Assembly (NCBI GenBank): GCA_965603825.1
Contig: CBFDEM010000029.1
Location: 186,001-250,000 of the forward strand
Length of the DNA stretch: 64,000 bases
Source: Blepharisma stoltei ATCC 30299
Taxonomy: Eukaryota; Protista; Ciliophora
Direction: 5' to 3'
The notes under the pieces are model-generated. The model searched no databases. It had not been told where the DNA came from and saw only the letters and a list, made by a program, of their open reading frames with translations. Shown in pieces: positions 50,646 to 61,088 of the stretch. A program made the translations under genes and the position numbers. How positions within the stretch are numbered: the stretch's first letter is position 1; every line of letters starts with the position of its first letter.

Positions 50646-51506
50646 ATGGTAAAACTTTTATTTGTTTTAGCACTAATTTCAGTGTCTACTACAGCTTATT
50701 ACATCAATGTGCTAAACGACAATTTCAATGACTTAAGCAACTGAATTGAAAATGTTATGCCTGGTGCTGATTCTGGCAATAATGAATGGGAATATTATAC
50801 AGATAGTTCAGACAATGTTTTCATAACTCAAGTCAACGGGCAAAATGCATTAGTTCTTAGAGCTCTTCAGCAAAATTATCAAGGTTATAGTTATACTTCT
50901 GGAAAAGTAAGTTCAGCCAGACCATGGGGTCCATATGGGTTTTTTAACATAAAAGCAATTGTTCCAAAAGGAAATGGCTTATGGCCTGCAATCTGGCTTC
51001 TCCCACCAGGTGGAAACAGCGTTTATGGAGGCTGGGCCGCTTGCGGAGAAATTGATATTATGGAGACTGTTTGTGCTGGTACAGATGGATATTCAACTTT
51101 GCATTTCGGAGGTCAATGGCCAAACAATGTTCAGTACCCAAATCCTCCAAATAATCAATACCCTTTTACAGCTGATTGGAATAATGCTCACTGGTATGGA
51201 GTTGATTGGCAGCCAAACTACATCAATTTCTGGTATGATGCTCAAGTAGTAAATGGACAAATAACTGGAGGAACCTTAATAAATAGCATTTCATCAAGCA
51301 ATTGGTATTCTCAAAACTCAAATGGCCAAAGATACCCAGGAAATGCACCTTTTAATCAACCATTCAGCATAATTCTGAATTTGGCAATAGGAGGAAGTTG
51401 GCCTTGCTCAGTTCCTGGATGTTGTAACAATGTAGCTGTTCCTGCTCAATTAACCATTTTTAATGTGCAGATTTGGGAAGTTGCTCAATCTGAAGATCAA
51501 CTTTAA
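50646..51506 (+). CDS. Secreted GH16 beta-1,3-glucanase, copy 2
   Basis: Same motifs as copy 1; TGA at 50742 read as Trp. Confidence 0.92.
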
Positions 51507-51940
51507 ATAAATCAATAGTAATTTTATTGAAAAGTATATAAAATGACTAAGAAATAGCTTTATATTGCACCTAATAATATTTATAATTTTGCTCATTTCA
51601 AGAAATATTTATCATATCTCCTTCTATAGAAACAGAAAGATATTTGCCTATATCCAGATCCTTTATCCATAACTTAGCTTTTGCCTTAAATTTTTACTTT
51701 TCATTTATATTATCTATTATGCTTTCTTCTCTTATGCATCACTAAATATTATAGAAGCTTCTTAGCATATATCGGATCTTGCTTTTACTAAAAGTGGAAA
51801 AGCTGTTTTTAAATTGGCAATTCAATTAGATAGTTATTAAATAAAATTATTTTGCTCTTCTAATCATTTTATATAAATTAATTAAAGTAAGCAAAAAATG
51901 ATTTGCAGCAGTTGTTGAAAAAATTACATTTTCCTTATAA

Positions 51941-52801
51941 ATGGCGAAAATCCTATTTGTTTTAGGACTGATATTGGTGTCTACAACAGCTTCTTACATT
52001 AATGTGATGAATGATACTTTTAATGACTTAAGCAACTGGCTAGAAAATGTTATGCCTGGTGCTGATTCTGGCAATAATGAATGGGAATATTATACAGATA
52101 GCCCTAACAACATTTTTATCGCTCAAGTCAATGGACAAAATGCATTAGTTCTTAGAGCTCTTCAGCAAAATTATCAAGGCTATAATTATACTTCTGGAAA
52201 AGTAAGTTCAGTTCGACCATGGGGTCCATATGGTTTTTTTAATATCAAAGCAATTGTTCCAAAAGGAAATGGCTTATGGCCTGCAATTTGGCTTCTCCCA
52301 CCAAACTCAAAAAGTATTTATGGAAGCTGGGCTGCTTGCGGAGAAATTGATATTATGGAGGCAATTTGCACAGAAACAGCTGGACGCTCAACTTTGCATT
52401 TTGGAGGTCAATGACCAAACAATGCTCAGTACCCAGAAGCTCCAAAAAATCAATTCCCTTTTACAGCTGATTGGAGTAATCCTCACTGGTATGGGGTTGA
52501 TTGGCAGCCAAACTACATCAATTTCTGGTATGATGCTCAAATAGTAAATGGACAAATAACTGGAGGAACCTTAATAAATAGCATTTCATCAAGCAATTGG
52601 TATTCTCTAAACTCAAATGGCCAAAGATATCCAGGAAATGCACCTTTTAATCAACCATTCGGCATAATCCTGAATTTGGCAATAGGAGGAAGCTGGCCTT
52701 GCTCAGTTCCTGGATGTTGTAGTAATATCGCTGTTCCTGCCCAAATGACAATTTTTAATGTTCAGGTTTGGGAAAATGCTCAGTCTGAAGATCAAATTTA
52801 A
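51941..52801 (+). CDS. Secreted GH16 beta-1,3-glucanase, copy 3
   Basis: TGA at 52412 aligns with TGG (GGQW/GGEW) in the other three copies; TAA at 52799-52801. Confidence 0.92.
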
Positions 52802-53077
52802 ATAAATCAATAAGAATTTCACTGAAAATTAAGTAAAATATCAAGCACATAGCTTTATATTGCTCTCATCAATTTTTTCTTTTTATTAATGGGACATAGA
52901 CAGACTGCTTCTACTGTAATATAAAAGGATGTGATGTTTCTTGTTTACGTAGAATTTGATATTTATAGAGTCATATCAGTTATGAAGTAGCAGTCTTTAA
53001 GGTTTCCGCAAATTATTTTATGGCCACTTTTCAGAATTGCTTGAAGCCTCAAGCTGATAAAAACCTTACTTATACAT

Positions 53078-53133
53078 TATAGCGCTTTCCCGAGGATGGC
53101 GCCATTCCGCGCCATCCTCGGGAAAGCGCTATA
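53078..53133. repeat. Perfect 25-bp inverted repeat with a 6-nt loop (GC-rich hairpin), TA-bounded
   Basis: tatagcgctttcccgaggatggcgc-cattcc-gcgccatcctcgggaaagcgctata. Confidence 0.95.
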
Positions 53134-53579
53134 TTCTTTTTCTTGTATGATCATTTGAAATTGACAGTTTTGCTATTCTAATATCTGTTCGATGAGTGAT
53201 CAAAAAGAATGGAAAATGCAAGTTTTTGGAAAAATATAGATATTCGGGAAGTAGCTAAACTTTTTATGTTAGTAATTTTAATAATTAAAATTAAATTTGA
53301 GCTAAAAAATCATTAAATTGTGAAAGAGAGGCGCCTAAACATACAGAAGATTTTGTATATCTCTACTATCCATTGTATTAAGAAAGAATATTTATCTATG
53401 GTAGATCCCTCTAAGTCCGGAGGTTTCTTAAAACAATATAAAAATCTTTGCAACTTTACTTTTTAAAAGCCCTTTAGCGTTTCATGGCACATAATTTTAT
53501 TGCTTGTTTAAGAAGACTTGGCGTAATTATATAGGCCATTTTTGATGGATCTAAAAAGAGCTCTGGAAAACAAATTTTG

Positions 53580-53667
53580 CGCGCCAGAATATATTGTAAA
53601 TAAATTTTTCGCGCCAAAATATATTGTAAATAAATTAAAAAACGCGCCATAATATATTGTAAATAAA
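53580..53667. repeat. Three direct repeats of CGCGCCAnAATATATTGTAAATAAA (periods 30 and 33 bp)
   Basis: Units at 53580-53604, 53610-53634 and 53643-53667. Confidence 0.92.
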
Positions 53668-54146
53668 ATCAAAAAATTATGTTATGAGGTTCACTAGATT
53701 TAATAGCTTATATAAATCACTGCAGTTCAATATTTTATCTTACTGTGACTTATGTGGCTCAATTGTTACCTCAACAAAGAAGAAATTTTATCGCTAACTA
53801 TCAGGGTTACTATTGAAGAAGGGAATCTCTTTCTATTTGTTGATAGGATATGAAAAAAAAAATCAATTAATAGGCCAATTGAACAGATTTGAAAATTAGA
53901 GCAACTTTATTTTTCAAGGAGAGAATCTCTAAGAAAATAAGAAAGATATCATTGTTAATTTTAATTATTTATCTGTTTTTTGTGCATGATATCAAAATTA
54001 CTATCTTGTCGAAGCAGATATTCCAATTTTTTTAAATTGGTATGACATATTTTATGGCATTCAACAATATCAGAGATTGTAGATATAAAGAAAAGATCCT
54101 CAATTTTGCACACAAATCCATTCAAATTCAGATTCCATAAACTATC

Positions 54147-54467
54147 TTATTTTAAATGTTTAAAATAGCCCTCACCTTTTCTTGCCCTAAAATGCTTCAA
54201 AAAGAAACTTTTTTCGACTTCAACAAAAAAGTCAGTTCGTCGACTTAACAAAAGCCAAGTCACACCCCCCGTTGTGAATACTCCTTCTACGTCAGCGAGG
54301 CATATAATGCTTGCCATTTGCCAAGAGTTTAGTAATGATATGTGGTAAAAGAAAAAGTCTCGAAAGACCTCTTCAAGTACACGATTCTTTCATCTCTTTC
54401 CAGAGGCAAAATACAATATTTTCTGCTGTTCTTCCATGAAAAATAATATGGAGTTTTTTGTGCTCAT
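54147..54467 (-). pseudogene. Short ORF (106 aa with TGA=Trp), possibly a decayed Kelch-like gene
   Basis: SWQMASIICLADVEGVFTTGG resembles a Kelch blade; the similarity is weak. Confidence 0.25.
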
Positions 54468-54780
54468 TTTTTCGGAACTTGTTTAATCAACTGAATAACA
54501 TTTTAAATGCCACTTTAGTATATCTATTCAATTTTTTGATTGAATAACTTCTCTAAAGCAGGATTTTAATGCTTGATTCAGATTTTCTCCTTATTAAATT
54601 GAAATTTATATTTTCAAATTTAAGCTTAAGTTTTGATAATTTAGCAAGCCTTCATAATAATTTATTCAATTAGTCACTAAATAATTTTATTTTGCTCTCC
54701 TCATCATTTCATATAAATTAGTTAGGGTAAAAAACTGATTTGCAGCAGTTGCTGTTGAAAGAATTACATTTGCCTTATAA

Positions 54781-55641
54781 ATGGTGAAAGGTCTATTTGT
54801 GCTAGCACTCATTTCAGTATCTGCTTCAGCATATTACATCAATGTCTTGAACGACAACTTCAATGACTTAAGCAACTGATTAGAAAATGTTATGGCTGGT
54901 GCCGATTCTGGCAATAATGAATGGGAATATTATACAGATAGTCCAAATAATATTTTCATAACTAAAGTCAATGGGCAAAATGCATTAGTTCTTAGAGCTC
55001 TTCAGCAGAATTATCAAGGCTATAACTATACATCTGGAAAAGTAAGCTCAGTTAGACCATGGGGTCCATATGGGTTTTTTAATATCAAAGCAATTGTTCC
55101 AAAAGGAAATGGCTTATGGCCTGCAATTTGGCTTCTCCCACCAGGTGCAAACAGCATTTATGGAAGCTGGGCCGCTTGCGGAGAAATTGATATTATGGAG
55201 ACAATTTGCACAGGCACAGGCGGATACTCAACTTTGCATTTCGGAGGTCAATGGCCAAACAATGTTCAGTACCCAAATCCTCCAAATAATCAATATCCGT
55301 TTACAGCTGATTGGAATAATGCTCACTGGTATGGAGTTGATTGGCAGCCAAACTACATCAATTTTTGGTACGATGCTCAAATAGTAAATGGGCAAATAAC
55401 GGGAGGAACCTTAATTAGTAGCATTTCATCAAGCAACTGGTATTCTCAAAACTCAAACGGCCAAAGATACCCAGGAAATGCACCTTTTAATCAACCATTC
55501 AACATAATTCTGAATTTGGCAATAGGAGGAAGCTGGCCTTGCTCAGTTCCTGGATGTTGTAGCAATGTAGCTGTTCCTGCCCAACTGACAATTTTTAATG
55601 TGCAGGTTTGGGAAGTTGCTCAATCTGAAGATCAACTTTAA
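54781..55641 (+). CDS. Secreted GH16 beta-1,3-glucanase, copy 4
   Basis: Same motifs as copy 1; TGA at 54877 read as Trp. Confidence 0.92.
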
Positions 55642-56719
55642 ATAAATCAATCGAAATTTCATTGAAAATTAAGTAAAATGACTAAGAAATGATGTATTGT
55701 TTATGATAAAATTAATAAAATAAAAAATATTTTAGCGTAACAATATTGCAAATATAAGACTAAATAGCGTTTTACAGCACCAATATAAATTATTCCAACT
55801 TTATTTTATTATTTATTTAAATACAAAACATTTGAGAAATATCAACCCAAATATATTAATTATTTCATAGTAATTATTTCCTTTCACTTGCTACTTTTTG
55901 TTTTAAGATAATAGCATAAATTATTCAAGCGCATTATTTACTAGGCATTTGCTATTTTTATTGAATTACTCAATTGAAAACAATTTAATTTTTATTAAAT
56001 GAATTATTTTATTAAAAATTTTTAAGCTTAAATTCTGAATTCCTTCCATCGAATATTTTTTCGATTCTCTTTATGTCTCAATTTTTATTTCATATATGAT
56101 TTTTACGTCTCTATGAATAAATGGTTTGAAGGTCCTGAAAACCATATAAGCATTAGAATTATTCTTTCAGCCGACTCTTTGCAAATCCAGTCATCCTGAT
56201 TACCCATTAAACAAAAGAAATAGATTTAGCATAATTTCTTATTTCATATAATCCTTAATTGCCTTGCATATAAAAGCAACTATAGTCAAAACGAATTCTA
56301 TATTGGCACAATTGCTCAAAATTCCATTGTTGTTATTTATGAAACCTAATCCATCTTTATAAGCAGTTGCCTAAAAATTGAGCTTGATGAAACACAGAGA
56401 AGTGCACGAATCTAATATAATAAGCCTGCTGCTCTAGTTGTCAGCTCCTAATTTATCATATTATTTTCTTATTTTGGCATCAAACATTTTACTTTTTTGC
56501 CAAATAAAAAATTATCTTAAATGTGCTTCATCCAGTTTAAATGACATAAAAAGTAAATACATCAATCCTTTTATGTAAGAAAAGCATCACTTTAAGCTTA
56601 ATAAAACTCAATTTAATTATTTCAATAAAAGCTGTGAGTTTATATTTCGCACTTGTGACATCTGTAAACTCCATCCTTTTTCTTTAAACAAATTATAAAT
56701 GAGGATGCTTAATATCATG

Positions 56720-57395
56720 AATGCCAAATAAACCCACAAGGCCTACCCAGATCTCCATGATAGTGCAGAGATGGCAATATTATTATGCAATCCATATTCA
56801 TTCGGTCAAAATCCAACATCTGAGCCAGCTATTATAATATTCCTGTTCAAGAAGCGGAAAAAAAGGAATAAAATTATCCGCAGCAGACAAAATTCTAGTT
56901 AAAAAAAGGAATTATGATAATAGCTACTAAAGATGTAATTATAGAAGTCTCTCATATATCGCGCATAGAAGTAAATAATGCACGAGATTCTCCAGCAAAT
57001 ATTATTTCAGATTAGTATGGGATTAATCAGTTAATTAATCCTTGAGCCAACTTATATAGAAGCTGATGAAGTAAAAATGATTAATATTTAGGGATCATAA
57101 AATTTCATTCAAAATTCGCAAAGGGCCTTTTGAAAATGAAACATATAATTTTAGTCTCAGATGTGAACAGCGTGAATTTATAATTGGCCACGGTGGAAAC
57201 GGTATATTGACTGATATGTTTTACCTAAAAACACAGGGATCAGCAGCAGATCAGTCAATTTAACGTATATTCTGGCCAAAAAAATGCTTAAAAATATGTA
57301 AGAAAGGAACCTTCCTCCTCTTAGCTGCTGTTTTATGCAAAAAGATCCAAATATATTGGTTTGACAGGAAAGATATACGAGTATGCTTGCAATAG
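56720..57395 (+). pseudogene. Decayed gene remnant, possibly phospholipid-scramblase-like
   Basis: Broken frames give LSAADKILVK and EFII..G..SAADQ..IFWPK..FLLLAAVL..QIYWFD; several TAA/TAG stops. Confidence 0.3.
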
Positions 57396-57568
57396 AAAAT
57401 TATAAGTTCAATTTCTGATTCTCTTGTTAATTTATAGTCTGCAATTAATCCAAAATGGCCAAAACATTTTTATAAAAATTATCTTTATTGCATATTTTTA
57501 TTTCTCCAGATAAAAAACCTCCTCTCTTCCTAATTTAAGCCTTAGCGTCCATTTTTCCAATAAATTCA

Positions 57569-58444
57569 ATGGCAAAAATCGAAAGCTACTCCAACCTTAC
57601 CAAGCTTCAAGAAGACCTCCTCAAAAAAGGTTACTGTTTTGGCCAATTAATAGCTCTTGCAGTCTACACCAAGCACGAAAGCGGCGTGAACACCAAAACT
57701 TCTCTCAAACAAGTGAAATCAACTACAGATGTCCCAAATATCAATGGAACCACTTACTTCAAGTTAACTGACCCTAGATTCACCCTCAAGCAAGAATTCC
57801 AAACCTCCCTTCTCTATAAGACTATCCTTGAAATTACTCCTGAGAAGTTCAAGAACCTTAAAGGAAAAGTTGAAGTTGAAGTAAATAGAGCAACTGGAGC
57901 TGCAAAAGAAACTTTGTCGGTAGAGTGCAATACTGAAAAAACTAAAGCAAAACTAGCTCTGGGCAGTGATAAACTGTTCAAGACAAGCATAGTCAGATCT
58001 TTTGGAAGCTTTGGAGCTGGCTTTGATTTCGGTTTTGATTTGAATACTTGGAGATTGGGAACTTATAATGCAGCTGCTTATTATTTCGCTGATAAATATA
58101 GAGCTGTGCTTAAACATGTGAGCACTGATAGTAAAGCTTATACTTTTGGAAATCTGGTAGGATCACTTTATTATAATTATGCTGCAGATACTAAGATTGG
58201 AGCTACAACTACTGTGAATAATGAAGGTGTGGCTGACTTGACACTTGGCTTCCAACATGCGTTGTCAGGAAATAAAACTTTCAAGGGTAGAGTGAGCAAG
58301 AGCGGAGTTGTAGGGTGGAATCTTAGAGCTAAAATCAACCCATACGTTAGCGTTACGACTGCGAATCAATTCAATTTGAAATCGTTCTATTCGTCTGAAA
58401 ATCCTAATTGGCAGATTGGGCTTAGAGTTAAAATTAATCAATAA
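57569..58444 (+). CDS. VDAC: Mitochondrial porin (VDAC)
   Basis: YSNLTKLQEDLLKKGY N-terminal helix, alternating beta strands, C-terminal IGLRVKIN; 291 aa. Confidence 0.85.
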   Translation: MAKIESYSNLTKLQEDLLKKGYCFGQLIALAVYTKHESGVNTKTSLKQVKSTTDVPNINGTTYFKLTDPRFTLKQEFQTSLLYKTILEITPEKFKNLKGKVEVEVNRATGAAKETLSVECNTEKTKAKLALGSDKLFKTSIVRSFGSFGAGFDFGFDLNTWRLGTYNAAAYYFADKYRAVLKHVSTDSKAYTFGNLVGSLYYNYAADTKIGATTTVNNEGVADLTLGFQHALSGNKTFKGRVSKSGVVGWNLRAKINPYVSVTTANQFNLKSFYSSENPNWQIGLRVKINQ

Positions 58445-58786
58445 AATAATTCTAAGAAGCCTAGGAATTATTTTGTGTGTGTCTTTTTTATTAAAAATAA
58501 AATTAAATTATACAGGCTTGAGTAATATAATAGGCTATTTTATATAAAATTTAGTGATAGGTTGGTTTAATACACATAATATAGATAGTAAGAGCTATTG
58601 ATATGAGTTCTAGCATTTTTTGAGTTCTTATATCAGTTATTTTGAATAAATTTAAATTCATTTACAAGAAATATATCTAAATCAAATCAAAAATGAAATA
58701 TATGGGGCTGAGATTGTAAGATAAGCTTTGAAATATAACTTTAATAAGATATAGATGAACTATTAATTAAAGATGTAAATAGAAAA

Positions 58787-59560
58787 ATGTTTCAAAATGA
58801 ACTTGCAAAGGTAAAACTTCATAAAAAAGAAGAGTTATCACAAGAAAAATCAATAGCTAGATTGATAAAATTTCTAAGTGCTAATGAAAAATCTCCTCTA
58901 AAAAATTACCATTGGAAATCGCCAAAAGCTCTAAGTAAACCACCAATGAATCTGCAAACGCTAAATGACAAAGGAGTTGCTTTGCCCTCTTTAAGAAGCA
59001 TTGTTAAGCACAAATTATTTGACGCAAATTATCAAAGCCCTACATTTTTGCTCAATAAAGTAAGTTCCATGCCTGATTTCCGAAAATTTAAATTGAAGAC
59101 AAAAAAGAGCCTCAATGCAGCTGAATTCGAAAACTATACGATAAGGCCTCAACTTTCTTTGAAATCAAAAAATAAGCCCAAATGCTCAAAACAAAAATTT
59201 AATCCGAAATTATGCATATTAGGCAACACAAAACCATTCAGTATTAATGAAGCTAGCAAACTAGAGAATAGTGACGCTTTTACCCAGCCAATAAGAGGTA
59301 ATATAAATAATTTTCAAATAACCCCAACCATAATGAAATCTCAAGATTTTGTTTTTCAGCCAGAACTTGATATGGTCCCTTTATCCACCAAATCTGAAAG
59401 CTTAAAGAAAATTAAAGAAGTTAAAAAATATTCACGAAAATTAAAATTAGAGAGCCTTTCTTATAACTCCAAGCCAAAGTTCCGATCAATACAGGTAGAG
59501 ACTGATTTTCAAGATTTGCATGGGTGGGCAGACAGTTCTTCACTATCCAAAAGTAGATAA
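58787..59560 (+). CDS. Hypothetical basic low-complexity protein
   Basis: 257-aa ATG-to-TAA ORF. Confidence 0.6.
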   Translation: MFQNELAKVKLHKKEELSQEKSIARLIKFLSANEKSPLKNYHWKSPKALSKPPMNLQTLNDKGVALPSLRSIVKHKLFDANYQSPTFLLNKVSSMPDFRKFKLKTKKSLNAAEFENYTIRPQLSLKSKNKPKCSKQKFNPKLCILGNTKPFSINEASKLENSDAFTQPIRGNINNFQITPTIMKSQDFVFQPELDMVPLSTKSESLKKIKEVKKYSRKLKLESLSYNSKPKFRSIQVETDFQDLHGWADSSSLSKSR

Positions 59561-59624
59561 TAATGTCAATTAAAATACGTTTCATAATGAGATTAATAAG
59601 AATACTATTATTTTAAGACAATAT

Positions 59625-60716
59625 CTATATATTTCTCGGACTGAAATAGTGTTGAAATGAATCTGCAGGTGAATAGGGAGGCAAAAGATAGTCCCTGGCT
59701 TGTGGGGATGGGTCAGGAATTTTAAATCTATCATATTTAATGCTGCTTCTTAATGAGTCTGTACTTTTACAGCTTAGTAAAGAGTCAGAGAACTGGTAGC
59801 CAAGAGATGGAAGCCCATGGTCTCCTAAACTTGAGCTCATATATGTATCTCAGTTAGAAGCTGTAGTAGCGTCTTCTGGAAATCTAAAAAATCTACTATT
59901 GATAGGGGATTTTCTCAAAAATCCAGTAGGAGTAGGAGTTATTGCGGCTATTAATTTTGATGGGCTTGTGCTTTCAAAGGTACAAGGGTTATTAGGTACA
60001 ATTTCTGGAGTTTTAGTTGGAGAAGGGCATACAATTGGTGCTGGGCGATCTTTTTCTGTTAATTTTTGCCCTTCTTCAGCAGGCGAAACTGTAAGCTGAG
60101 GGATTGGATGGGATTTTTGGCTATTTGCAGCCGCTTTTGGAGATTTTTTTGATTTTTTCCCTTTAGTTGCTCTTTTCGGGCTTTTCTGAGGTTTTTGGGA
60201 AATATTTTTTTGGGAAGGAGACTTCGCATTTTCTTTATTTAGCGATGGATGAACTACAAGCAATTTTGCAATCTCTTCATTTTTTAATAGCATTTGAACT
60301 GATCCAGTTAGCTTTTCCCCTTGTGGCCTTTGCCTGTTGAGTTTTCTGAGATTTCTTCTAATTGTGCTATAGAATTGATTTTTGATAGAGTTATCAGTTC
60401 TTCCAGGGAGGTATTTTGCGATTTCTGATCATTTATTTCCATAAATTTGATGACATTCAAACAGCTTTTTCTCTTCATTTTTGGTTCAAGCTTTTTTAAC
60501 GATTCCAGACTCTAAGTGATTATGCCATCTTTCCCTACATTGTTTCCCAGTCCTAAATAATTGTTACCTATCGCTAATTCCATATCTTTCAGAGAGCAAC
60601 TGGGCTAGAAATGTCCATTTTTTAGTTCCAAATTCTTCAACAAGGTTTCTTATAGCTTCATCTTCCTATATGGCTCATACCTCCGGGCTCCAAGGTTTTC
60701 TATCGCTCTGTGCCAT
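59625..60716 (-). CDS. Two-repeat (R2R3-type) Myb transcription factor, two 15-nt introns
   Basis: After splicing: PWSPE|EDEAIRNLVEEFGTKKW..R|TGKQCRERWHNHL..AW(TGA)TKNEE..GNKW(TGA)SEIAKYLPGRTDNSIKN. Confidence 0.93.
60553..60567 (-). other. 15-nt intron (gtaacaattatttag)
   Basis: Removal restores RTGKQCRERW. Confidence 0.92.
60666..60680 (-). other. 15-nt intron (gtatgagccatatag)
   Basis: Removal restores WSPEED. Confidence 0.92.
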
Positions 60717-61088
60717 TTTTTGCTTCAACTTTTATAACTGATTATAATTAATTATTTGCCCATAATTTAATAATGATTTCCGCTTGAAAGTATATTATAA
60801 GTAACTTAATATATAGTAGGAATATATCAACTTTTTATTTGATTATAAGTTTCAAAATTTATATAATTAATCGCTGTAAAAGAATCTAATTTTTAAAATA
60901 TTAATTTCGATAAAATTATTTACAATCTAAATAGATGGCAGGACATTGTAAAAATATGTCAAGTTAAGACATATATATTTTATGTAAAAATATATATTTT
61001 ATGTTAAAAAATATTTAAATCTATCCATATAATGGAATTTAACAATATATTTTCTTTTAAAATAATAAAAAATTCTATACACTTTAAT

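Noticed and set aside
53580-53667. CRISPR-like appearance of the triple direct repeat
   Set aside because: The spacers are only 5 and 8 bp of A/T, there are no cas genes, and the context is eukaryotic
28228-60716. Co-occurrence of a LIN54-like CXC gene, a Myb gene and E2F-like sites (DREAM components) as a functional cluster
   Set aside because: They are more than 25 kb apart, and both families are large in ciliates, so coincidence is likely
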